64,000 bases of DNA from a plasmid: the sequence record NZ_CP069608.1; one strand, given 5' to 3'. Positions 1 to 9,606 of this stretch are shown piece by piece; position 1 is the first letter of the stretch, and each line of letters starts with the position of its first letter. A program made the position numbers and the translations under genes. The notes under the pieces were generated by a model. It was not told the DNA's origin, ran no database searches, and was given only the letters and a program-made list of their open reading frames with translations.

Positions 1-12
1 AATCTTCGAATT

Positions 13-204
13 ATGTCAATGTTATTATTAGTTTTTATTGTGTTTGGTTCATTGTTAAGTTTTATTTCGTACATAAACGAATTAAATTCATTTTTTGAAT
101 CTGTCCATACAATAGTTTCAACTATTTCATTAAGTTTATTAAGTATTATAGTCGCCTATTTGATATTTATTAATAACCCCAAAATAAATATTGACGATTA
201 TTAA
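13..204 (+). CDS. Small hydrophobic hypothetical protein; starts at the window edge
   Basis: 63 aa ORF with hydrophobic segments; no recognisable motif. Confidence 0.25.
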   Translation: MSMLLLVFIVFGSLLSFISYINELNSFFESVHTIVSTISLSLLSIIVAYLIFINNPKINIDDY

Positions 205-439
205 ATTATATTTTCTTTTAGATATATTATAAAAAATTGATAATATATCGATAAAATGCTAAAAGAGTTTATTGATGTTTTGTTACAATTTTAGTTATTT
301 GTAAAAGTGAATTTCACCTTATTATTTACATAGATGAGGTGAAATTCACTATAATTTTAGGATAATTCTAACAAAAATTATTTAATACTTTTGCAAACTC
401 ATTTACTCAATTATTAATGCAATACTTGATTCTCTATAG

Positions 440-497
440 AGTAAAAAAAGAATACAATGTTCTTTTTAGAACACTGTATTCTTTTTCTTTATTCTAT
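440..497. terminator. Bidirectional rho-independent terminator (15 bp inverted repeat agaatacaatgttct/agaacactgtattct followed by a T-run)
   Basis: Near-perfect inverted repeat read directly, immediately downstream of the minus-strand aminopeptidase stop. Confidence 0.5.
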
Positions 498-500
498 AGT

Positions 501-1556
501 TTAATTAAAGAGCTGGTTAAATCTATTAGCATCGAGTTCTTTAATTAGTTCTGTTAACAATTTTGCACTGTTTTCTAAATCTTTTTTGCTTACCATTGAT
601 ACATGACTGTGAATATAACGAGCTGCAACTCCTATCACTATAGTAGGTACGCCTTTTTTAAATAAATGAAATCTCCCTGCATCTGTTCCGCCACCAAGCA
701 TTATATCTACCTGATATGGTATACTATTTTTTTCTGCAATTTCTATAACTAAATCTCTCAAAGATGTATGTGGAATCAGTGAGGAATCAAGAAATGTAAT
801 TAATGGGCCACTTCCTAACTTTGCTTTATTTGAATTATCACTTGGTCCATCCTGTGCTATTCCCACATCTACTGCAATAGAAAGATCTGGCTCCATTATA
901 TAAGGTGCAGTAGTAGCTCCTCTTAGACCAACTTCTTCTTGAACTGTAGCACCACAATAAACGGTATTTGAATGATTTACTTCACTGATCTGTTTAAGCA
1001 CCTCAAGAGCTAAATAGCAACCAGCCCGATTATCAAGTGCTTTAGCAAGAATAGTGTCATTGTCAGGAAGTAATTCAAATGGACAAATAGGAATAATAGG
1101 ATCACCCACTTTAATGCCCCATTGTTTTACCTGATCTTTGTCATTTGCTCCAATATCAATAAACATTTCTCTCATAGGATAGACTTTTTTAAGTTCCTCA
1201 GCCTGTAAAATATGTGGAGGTTTAGATCCAATTACTCCAGTAAATGTTTTATCTTTTGTTATTACCTTTACTCTCTGTGCTAGCAAGACTTGATCCCACC
1301 AACCGCCAAGAGGAACAAACCGAAGATAACCGTCTTTTGTAATTTCACTTACCATAAAGGCTACTTCGTCCATATGACCTGCAAGCAGAATTTTAGGACC
1401 GTTTTCAGATCCACATTTCTCTCCAAATATACTTCCAAGACGATCATATACAGTTTTTGTACCTGTTTTTTCGATTTCGCGTTTCATTATCTCTCTAATC
1501 GGTTTTTCAAAACCAGGTGCACCATTTGCTTCGGTTAATTCTTTCAATAAATCCAT
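501..1556 (-). CDS. M42 family glutamyl aminopeptidase / YsdC-FrvX-like peptidase
   Basis: 351 aa; N-terminal MDLLKELTEANGAPGFEKPIREIM and overall length are typical of M42 peptidases. Confidence 0.85.
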   Translation of the reverse strand: MDLLKELTEANGAPGFEKPIREIMKREIEKTGTKTVYDRLGSIFGEKCGSENGPKILLAGHMDEVAFMVSEITKDGYLRFVPLGGWWDQVLLAQRVKVITKDKTFTGVIGSKPPHILQAEELKKVYPMREMFIDIGANDKDQVKQWGIKVGDPIIPICPFELLPDNDTILAKALDNRAGCYLALEVLKQISEVNHSNTVYCGATVQEEVGLRGATTAPYIMEPDLSIAVDVGIAQDGPSDNSNKAKLGSGPLITFLDSSLIPHTSLRDLVIEIAEKNSIPYQVDIMLGGGTDAGRFHLFKKGVPTIVIGVAARYIHSHVSMVSKKDLENSAKLLTELIKELDANRFNQLFN

Positions 1557-2382
1557 TTAGCTCACCATCCTCTACTACTTAGAATGGTGAATTAGAGAGA
1601 TATTATTCTACTTTTAAAAAATTATAATTTACTGTTAATGCTAAAATTCTTTGACGGATACGAAACTATATATACTAAATGTGATTACTTCTCTATATCT
1701 CCATGAGCATGATATTATTGATGGGAAACAATGATTACTTTAAGCAGGTGTATAAATGTTCTCATACATATATGATTGTTAATTTTTTAATGTTTTTATA
1801 ATTTGGATATTTAATAAAACACTAAAAGATAATATGAATTAGAAAAACCATTAATAATCCTGATTTCAATCCTATACTTATTTATCTTGCTACTTATTAA
1901 CCTATATTCAGTGATTTTAGACGAAGATTTAACCAAGCATAGAATAGATCCAATTTACAATTTCATTATTAATACATAGGAAAGGGATTTTCTATATACG
2001 GACATTCATAAATTTATTAAGGAAATCATTTTATCATTTCCTATAAGGGCGTTATTTTAGATAATTTTTTCAAAATTGAATAATTCCCAAAAAATATTTT
2101 AACTGGATTTATTTTTAAATTGAAATATCTTTGTCTACAATTGCTTTTGTTATTAATCCCAATTGGAAAATGTTGTATTTAAGCTATTTGTTTTTAAACA
2201 CTGTAGGAAGTGGGAGAGGTTATTTATTACAAAATCAACTTTAAAAAATTTATTTGGTTTTTATACATAACCTAAAATATAGATATAGACTCAAGTTTTT
2301 TCTATAGAAGGAATGCAACTAGAGTAAGTAATTAATATTTATGGTATATTATTTCAATTAATTATAGGAGGTACTAAATGGT

Positions 2383-2631
2383 ATGACTTTGATTAATTTA
2401 TTATTTAGTATTATAGGTTTACAAGTACTTGGCCTAGGACTTGATATTGTGGGTATTTGTTTTATTACATGGGACATTGCTTTTCCTTTTACAGATACTG
2501 AGAAGTTAAAGAATTTAAAAGGAAATGCAATTAATCCGTTAAAAACTAAAAAGAAAACGATAATAGGCTTAGGGCTCATGATTTGGGGATTCATATTTCA
2601 AATGTTAGCATTATTTGTTGATAGATTTTAA
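2383..2631 (+). CDS. Small membrane protein, hypothetical
   Basis: 82 aa with two hydrophobic helices; RBS aggagg at 2368. Confidence 0.35.
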   Translation: MTLINLLFSIIGLQVLGLGLDIVGICFITWDIAFPFTDTEKLKNLKGNAINPLKTKKKTIIGLGLMIWGFIFQMLALFVDRF

Positions 2632-2939
2632 AGTAATCTATTTTCATTAAAACTAATTTAAATTTTAATAATATGTATTACTTTTCCAGCTATAATTTAT
2701 AAAAAAATATAATTATATACCCTATCCATAACATCAATAAGAAAATAAATTGTTTTTCTATATAAAGAATTACAGTCCATAATAGCAATAATAGAGAAAT
2801 TACTAGTGAATTCATCTTCATTTTCATAACTCCCTTCTAATGAACCTCTTTTCTATAAAATCAAAAACAAAAGAAGTATATGTTATACTTCTTTTGTGGA
2901 TAACATTTCCTATTTATTCATTTTAATTATATATTGCCC

Positions 2940-3464
2940 TTATGGAACAATAAGTTCTAAACTCTGTTTAATATCTTTCTTAGTCATACCGCCTATGAAA
3001 ATCTTTTTTACTTTACCGTTTTTATCTATTAGGTATGTAGCAGGGAGAGGATCTACTCCATAGGCATCTACCACTTCACTCTGTTTATCAATTATAACAG
3101 GAAATTTTAAATTATATCTTTCGATGAAAGTTTTGACTGCTATATTTGTCTCACCAACATCTACAGCAAGAATCTCTACTCCCTTTTTCTTATACTCTGG
3201 ATACAACGTATTCATAAAGGGCATTTCTTTTTCACAAGGTTTGCACCAGGTTCCCCAGAAGTTTACAAAAACCCCCTTACCTCTATAATCTGAAAGTTGA
3301 TGCCTTTTCCCCTGTAAATCTATCAAAGCAAAATCAGGTGCAACTGAACCTACTTTTACTTTTTCTTTATTAATAAAAAAGTTTAGATAAAACGTATATC
3401 CTAGAGCTCCAAATAATACAAGTAAAATAGCAATTCTTATAACTAAACGCCTCTTCTTATCCAT
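2940..3464 (-). CDS. Thiol-disulfide oxidoreductase, TlpA/ResA family (membrane-anchored thioredoxin-like)
   Basis: N-terminal TM helix; WCKPC active site; thioredoxin-fold length 174 aa. Confidence 0.85.
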   Translation of the reverse strand: MDKKRRLVIRIAILLVLFGALGYTFYLNFFINKEKVKVGSVAPDFALIDLQGKRHQLSDYRGKGVFVNFWGTWCKPCEKEMPFMNTLYPEYKKKGVEILAVDVGETNIAVKTFIERYNLKFPVIIDKQSEVVDAYGVDPLPATYLIDKNGKVKKIFIGGMTKKDIKQSLELIVP

Positions 3465-4041
3465 ATCTTACCCTCTCCTCTTGAATAATTCTTTCGAACT
3501 TCTTTTATCAAGATTAAACCACTATGATAGAATCAAAGTTTACTGAAGGACATCACTATACTTCCTTTTAAAAATTCACAATCATTTACAAGGAAGGTTT
3601 ATCAAAATGAAAAATGTTACTAACAAAAGATGAGTTACCTACCGTTATTTTATCATCAATTACATTCCTAAAAATCCCCTTTTTAAATTACGAAAGAAAT
3701 TAATAACACTATCTCTCTTGAAAATGAACATTTTGTTGCAGTCAATAAATAAAGGGAACTAACCGTTAATATTTTTAAAAAATAAGATAGAATAGTTTAA
3801 TAAAATAAATTGTATTAATTGTATATTAATCTGCCGACCATGAGGTAGTTTTCACTCTGCTACCTTATAATTCCCTATGTTATCTGCAATCATCTATAGT
3901 CAATTACCACTAATAGATTTTGTATTTTTAGGAAGACATTACAAATTCATTCAGTAAGTTCAAAATATGTTCAAAATTAATTAATTGTTTTCAAACGATA
4001 ACATGTTACGATCAGATAAATACAAGAAACGAGGCTCAGAT

Positions 4042-4683
4042 ATGTTGGAAATTATCTCCGCCGGTATTGCTCCCGGTCTCGCACTTATGAGCTACTTTTA
4101 TTTAAAAGATGAGTACGATACAGAACCAATTTTATTGGTATTAAAAATTTTTATTTTTGGTGCCTTGTTAGTACTTCCAATTATGTTTATTCAGCATACT
4201 TTGACAGAAGAGAATATATGGACATCTCCATTTAAACAAACCTTTTTGTTAGCTGGTTTATTAGAAGAGTTTTTCAAATGGTTCATTTTATTTTTCACAG
4301 TTTATAAACATGTAGAATTTGATGAACATTATGATGGAATTGTATACGGAGTAGCAATTTCACTAGGCTTTGCAACCCTAGAGAATATTTTTTATTTGTT
4401 AGCAAACGGGCTTCACACAGCCATCGGCAGAGCTATACTTCCCGTATCAAGCAATGCATTATTTGGAGTTATTATGGGCTATTATTTGGGGAAAGGAAAG
4501 TTTTCAAGGAGAAAAGAAAGAAGAAAGTGGATTTTATATTCATTGTTAATTCCTTTTTTTTTACATGGGACGTATGATTATATTTTAAAAAATATTAGCA
4601 ACTGGATGATTTTAATGGTTCCATTTATGATGTATTTGTGGTGGTTTGGCTTACGAAAAGTTAAAATGGTGAAACACCAGTAA
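4042..4683 (+). CDS. prsW: PrsW family intramembrane protease (anti-sigma-W site-1 protease homolog)
   Basis: [27 protein letters not shown]-terminus; [15 protein letters not shown] and HGTYDY motifs; ~213 aa from the internal Met (the ORF track starts at 3985). Confidence 0.8.
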   Translation: MLEIISAGIAPGLALMSYFYLKDEYDTEPILLVLKIFIFGALLVLPIMFIQHTLTEENIWTSPFKQTFLLAGLLEEFFKWFILFFTVYKHVEFDEHYDGIVYGVAISLGFATLENIFYLLANGLHTAIGRAILPVSSNALFGVIMGYYLGKGKFSRRKERRKWILYSLLIPFFLHGTYDYILKNISNWMILMVPFMMYLWWFGLRKVKMVKHQ

Positions 4684-4794
4684 TTAAATATTAATGATAG
4701 TTATACTGATAACAAGAAGAAATTTAGTTAAGAGATTTCGACAGAAACATATATATATTGAAATGATATAGGTAATGAAAGGAGACGGATGTAA

Positions 4795-4980
4795 ATGGGT
4801 AACAAAAAAGGGAAAAGAGAGTTAGGAATAAAAACGAATTTGAATGAGGATAACTCGTTTAAAAATCATAAATCGGTGGATTTATCCAAGTCAGGATTTT
4901 TGAAGGCTTCATTACCAATTATAGCACTTGGGGCAGTTGTCCTGTTTGCTACCTTAAAAAATCATGGCTTCTTGTCTTAA
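4795..4980 (+). CDS. Small hypothetical protein with a C-terminal hydrophobic segment
   Basis: 61 aa ORF with RBS aaaggagacgg upstream. Confidence 0.3.
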   Translation: MGNKKGKRELGIKTNLNEDNSFKNHKSVDLSKSGFLKASLPIIALGAVVLFATLKNHGFLS

Positions 4981-5101
4981 AATCTTAATAGGTAAGATCC
5001 TATTCGTAAATATTGGAAAATCCTCTCTATTAATAGTTTCTGAAGTAGAGAAATATAACTAACAATTTAAAGAAGCAATTGTTACTTTCTCCTTATTGTT
5101 A

Positions 5102-5440
5102 TTAATGTTTGAGATAGAGGAAATCTAAGTGAATATATTTTTGTTTATGGTTCGCATGTTCTATAGCCTGGTTAAGCAAATAAATAACATGCATATCATC
5201 ATATGAATAATGGGAATTAACCCCTCGTCTTCTAAAATTGATAAGTTGTAAGGATTTTAAAAATCGTAACTGGTGAGATACAGTAAATTGCATCAGAGGA
5301 AGCTCATGTGAAATTTCGTTAACTCTAGATAATAAGTGTAAAATCCAAATCTGTGTCGGATCAGATAATGCTTTAAAAGTCTGAGAAACACTGTAAAGAG
5401 TTTTTTCATCTAGATCAAATTATAGAAATGATTCAACTTT
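5102..5440 (-). pseudogene. ArsR/SmtB family HTH regulator; reading frame has no in-frame start and a possible 1-nt frameshift in an A-run at the 5' end
   Basis: Minus-strand translation reads [60 protein letters not shown], the ArsR HTH signature. The stop-to-stop frame lacks ATG/GTG/TTG, and an ATG lies one frame off at atgaaaaaact. Confidence 0.5.
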
Positions 5441-6019
5441 ATTTTCTTGTGTATCACTTATATATCTACTCCTTTATTTAAAAAAATCTGACTATTGTTT
5501 AAAAGTTTAAAGAAATTAGTCTTGTTATAAACTGTTTATTTAGGACATAAAGCGTTTTCTATCTTTAGTTTAAATTACTCTCTTTGGAAACCAGTAGATT
5601 CTCTATCGCATAAATTCTTTTTTTAAAACTTACAACACTAAGGGAAAGCAACAATTCTTATATATCATTATTATATAAAATTGAGTGAAATAAAAAAACC
5701 AAGGGTTTCTTAGAATAGCCCTTGGCTGTTTGCTAATCCCTATATTTTCTTATTATAAAAATTAATAGTATTTTGTGTAAAAAACACTATTATGAATCTG
5801 TCTATACTCAAATGAGTATTTATGAGTAGATTTTTTATCATAGTTGGCTTTTTTGATGTCTAATATCAGTTTTAGTTATCATGGTAAGCTTATAATAAAA
5901 AATATAACTTTAAATATTTATTTAGTTGCTATTTCTGCTATAGACTCAGTAAAAACCTTCGATAAGCTCCTCAACATTTTCTCCATTAACAGATATCTTG
6001 TTATAGCCAAAGAATCAAG

Positions 6020-6244
6020 TTATTCAATTTCATTATTTACTTTTAAGCGCTCTCCAAGTCCTTTCATGACGATCTCAATAAATTCCTTTTCAGTTATATG
6101 GCAGAAAGAGTCAGCTGGCTCTAAGACGGCATCTGGACAAACTTTAATTTCCACCATGCCATTAGCTCCTCGTCTAATCTCTAACCATTTTTGATTGGCT
6201 AACTGAAAGGATAAATTTGCGCCCATTTGTCTCCCTCCTCTCAT
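6020..6244 (-). CDS. Hypothetical protein (74 aa; a second Met with a strong RBS gives 68 aa)
   Basis: ORF with gagaggaggga RBS; no recognised domain. Confidence 0.35.
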   Translation of the reverse strand: MRGGRQMGANLSFQLANQKWLEIRRGANGMVEIKVCPDAVLEPADSFCHITEKEFIEIVMKGLGERLKVNNEIE

Positions 6245-6476
6245 GTACGGTTAGTTATTAAAACATGGATAAACTGGTTTTTAACACAATTAAATAGAAA
6301 AAGAGAATGGTAAATACCTTCTCTTTTGGATACAAAATCATTTATTGTATGATACTCCTCTTCATTCCGCATTCTCCATATCTTAATATTTTTGTATAAA
6401 AATTATGGTTTTATACATTTGATAAAGCAGTTTGTAGACGTCAAGTCGAATTTTACACTTTTTGCTTATTTGCTTT

Positions 6477-7235
6477 TTACACTTCTGCTGAAAATACACT
6501 TTTTCGATGTTTCATTCGATAACTATCTCCATCCATATGAATGACTTCTACACGATGGAGTAAACGATCTAAAATTGCAGTAGTAATTCCTTGATCTCCC
6601 ATTAGTTCACCCCACTGTTCAGGGCTTTTATTGGATGTAAGAATGATAGAACTTCGTTCATACAAATGATTAATTAAATGGAAAAACAAATTTGCTTCTC
6701 GCTGATCCATTGCCATGTACATTAAATCATCAATGATAATCAGATCGGCGCCTCTTAATCGCTTTAGCTGCACTTTTGATTTGTTTAGAAACTCTTCCGT
6801 TTTTAAAAGATGAATAAGCTCACCCATAGTTACGAAATAGACGTTGAAACCTCTGTGAATAGACTCAACCCCCAAACCAATCGCTAAAAATGTTTTACCA
6901 ACGCCTGGCGGTCCCAATAAAATTAAATTATACTGCTGCTCAAGCCAGTTTAGCTCTGCGAGCTGGGTCAATTGACGTCCCGTTAAAGCTGTTTGCTCTT
7001 CTAAATTAAATTCACTTAATGACTTCACGTAAGGGAAGTGCGCCCACTTCATTCTTCTTTCTAAACTCTTTACTTCGCGTTTTCTAAGTTCGTAACGCGT
7101 AATAGATTCAAGAAATTCTAAATACGTCCAAGAAGATTTTTCAGCCTCACGTAGGAGCTTTGGTAGCTCCTCAGCTGTTTCGGATAACCTTAATTGGCGA
7201 AAGTGTTCCTGCAAGTCATTTACAGTCTTATTCAC
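6477..7235 (-). CDS. istB: IS21 family helper ATPase IstB
   Basis: Walker A LLGPPGVGKTF; 252 aa; overlaps the istA stop. Confidence 0.9.
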   Translation of the reverse strand: MNKTVNDLQEHFRQLRLSETAEELPKLLREAEKSSWTYLEFLESITRYELRKREVKSLERRMKWAHFPYVKSLSEFNLEEQTALTGRQLTQLAELNWLEQQYNLILLGPPGVGKTFLAIGLGVESIHRGFNVYFVTMGELIHLLKTEEFLNKSKVQLKRLRGADLIIIDDLMYMAMDQREANLFFHLINHLYERSSIILTSNKSPEQWGELMGDQGITTAILDRLLHRVEVIHMDGDSYRMKHRKSVFSAEV

Positions 7236-8821
7236 TGTGGGTCACCCCCTAAAATACTTGTGTAAGCAGTAAGGGAGCGAGTTGTCACTATGATGTTGTC
7301 TTTACCTGAATGTTTTATAAAGGGAGGCTTAACCTTTTGGGTACATTCAGTTTGTAATGCATTTTGGTGGTTTGCGATATCTCGAAAGTCATTGGCGCTG
7401 TAAAGTTTATCTATGATGCATTTAGTCAAGGTGGCTTCAATCCACATTGGATATTTCTCAAGGGTGTTTTGAATGATTATGAGCTGATCACGCCGATACC
7501 TTGGGTATCTTAAACAAATTTCATTTAAATAAGAAGTTGCACGTTCCTGATCTTCAAAATGTGAAACCAGTTGTTGCTTAAATTCTTCAATACCTTTTGA
7601 GCGATCCCGGATATGATGTAGATGTTGAATAAGCTTTCCCTTTTCATTACTAATGCTATGTTCAGCAATTACTTCTCCATCTAACTGTTTACGGATAATC
7701 AGCGTTGGCGGTTGGCTCGAAGTGACTTCAATAAAAACCTCATTATCAGAGGCTGCACTATACGTTCCGAGAGGAACGGAATAACGGTTTGATTTAAACC
7801 GTATTGTATTGTCCTTACTAATATTCCTTGTTATACTTTGGGTAATGACGCTTTCATATGAGAGTGGTGAAGAGACGGGCTGTAAGTGTTGCTTTTCGAC
7901 GGGGAACACTTCAGCTGGTCTTTTTTTAGTTGTGTGATGAACATGTTGATTTCCAGTGCGATGTAGCCACTGTAATGCACGGTTATTCCAATCTTCAATA
8001 TTGCTAAATACTCGGCTATCTGCGAAATTTCCCTTTATGTACTTTACAACGTTCTCAATCATTCCTTTTGATTCTGGGTCTGCCTTACGACATAAATGAA
8101 CTTTAAACTTACGCTCATTTACATAGCTTTGAAACTCAGAAGTTAAAAGTAGCTGACCTGAATTTTCACTTACTGTAATTAAACGATCCTGATCATACAC
8201 AATTTCTTCTGTACGTCCTCCGTAAAATTGAAATGCATTTTCATGACATCGAATGGCATCATTTGTTGTAAAAGGCCGGTCCTGCCACTCCATGTATTTG
8301 TATCGAGAGTGAGCTAAGACAAAAGCGATAAAATATAGTTTAATTTCATTCTTTTCAGTTGTCTTCTGTTTCGTTTCTCCCCAATCCACCTGGATTTGCT
8401 TACCCATAGGTTGTTCAGGGATTGCTTCATATTGCCGAATTATTACTTTTTTCTCAATCTGATAAATCTCCCGCATCTCTTTCACATAGGCTCTTACTGT
8501 ACTCTCGCCAACAACTAAATCGGAATAACGCTCTAAGAGCCAATCGTGGATTTGTGCTGCACTGAGATGAGGGTATTCTTCAAGCCAAGCGATAATCCAA
8601 TCCCTGTAGGGATCCAACTTCTTACCTTTGCCTTGAAGCTGTTCCATGTATGCTTTTGTCTCTTCAAACGTCATTTTTAAATATTTATAAACGGTTGGTC
8701 TTGATACTTTGAGCTCCTGTGCAATTTGAGATACTTTAAACTTCCGTTGATGTAATTGTTGAATATTTAAATAAAGCATTAGCTTCTCCTCCAAAACGCT
8801 GTCCCCCCAGTAAAATAACAC
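7232..8821 (-). CDS. istA: IS21 family transposase IstA
   Basis: 529 aa; N-terminal HTH followed by a DDE integrase core; coupled to istB. Confidence 0.9.
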   Translation of the reverse strand: MLFYWGDSVLEEKLMLYLNIQQLHQRKFKVSQIAQELKVSRPTVYKYLKMTFEETKAYMEQLQGKGKKLDPYRDWIIAWLEEYPHLSAAQIHDWLLERYSDLVVGESTVRAYVKEMREIYQIEKKVIIRQYEAIPEQPMGKQIQVDWGETKQKTTEKNEIKLYFIAFVLAHSRYKYMEWQDRPFTTNDAIRCHENAFQFYGGRTEEIVYDQDRLITVSENSGQLLLTSEFQSYVNERKFKVHLCRKADPESKGMIENVVKYIKGNFADSRVFSNIEDWNNRALQWLHRTGNQHVHHTTKKRPAEVFPVEKQHLQPVSSPLSYESVITQSITRNISKDNTIRFKSNRYSVPLGTYSAASDNEVFIEVTSSQPPTLIIRKQLDGEVIAEHSISNEKGKLIQHLHHIRDRSKGIEEFKQQLVSHFEDQERATSYLNEICLRYPRYRRDQLIIIQNTLEKYPMWIEATLTKCIIDKLYSANDFRDIANHQNALQTECTQKVKPPFIKHSGKDNIIVTTRSLTAYTSILGGDPQ

Positions 8822-8907
8822 CTTCTATTATTTTACTAGAGTTCTAGCTTATTGAAGCAAAAGTGTAAAATTACGTTGAGCAAAAACTGTCAATTATATT
8901 CTAGCGT

Positions 8908-9171
8908 TTACACAGTTACGATAGGTAGCGCAATGCCTAGACCTAAAAGTATAGAAACAATATTAACCCACCATTTATTTTTTGATAAAATAAGCCATAT
9001 TCCAGCCGGTATAACAAACACATATTTTGAAATAGTTTGGTTTACATTCATAATTTCAGGCAAAAAAACAATTGACAAGTAATAACCAACAGCTAATATT
9101 AAAGAATTTCTAAGTATAGTTAAAAACACGCTAACACTCCATTTACTAAACATTATTAAATACTTATACAT
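8908..9171 (-). CDS. Small membrane protein, hypothetical
   Basis: 87 aa with three hydrophobic helices. Confidence 0.3.
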   Translation of the reverse strand: MYKYLIMFSKWSVSVFLTILRNSLILAVGYYLSIVFLPEIMNVNQTISKYVFVIPAGIWLILSKNKWWVNIVSILLGLGIALPIVTV

Positions 9172-9606
9172 AAAATGAAAGCAATCACCCTTTAAGGGGA
9201 AAGTTTTTTATTTTTTATGATAAACATAGTATACATTATACATCTTTAAATAAGCATAATTCATCCCATTTAACTTCTATACATAAGGCAATAAATTGAC
9301 GATAATTTGAAGATCATCTATTTTTTATTTAAATATGGTATATTTAAAGATGAGTTTAGTTGTAAAATTCCATAAGATTCCTAAAAATAAAAAGCTACTT
9401 AACCCTAGACTAAATTACTTTTATAGTAATAAAAAAAGGGGAGTTTTCCCTTATAGGAAAGTCACCCTTGAAGATTCTGGTGCAAAAATTTCAAGGTAAT
9501 TGCAATTAATCTTCGAATCTTGGACATGCTGATACTATTATTTTAAAAAAGGGGCATGATCAGTATGGAAAACCAAAGTTTGTTCAAAATGTAGAGAGGT
9601 GAAAGT

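Larger units (their letters stand above)
6431..8891 (-). mobile_element. IS21-family insertion sequence (istA-istB) with imperfect terminal inverted repeats
   Basis: istA and istB sit between ends that share cagttt...tcaa..cg.aattttacactttt(t)gc (6430-6468 vs reverse complement of 8856-8891). Multiple tttacact direct repeats at the 6450-6500 end, typical of IS21 transposase binding sites. Confidence 0.8.

Noticed and set aside
1290-1538. 82 aa plus-strand ORF inside the M42 aminopeptidase gene
   Set aside because: Antisense to a well-supported gene, with a low-complexity Cys/Phe-rich product. It is an artefact of the six-frame translation.
5844-6194. 116 aa plus-strand ORF overlapping the 6020-6244 minus-strand gene
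   Set aside because: AT-rich region, no RBS, low-complexity product. The minus-strand ORF has a convincing RBS instead.
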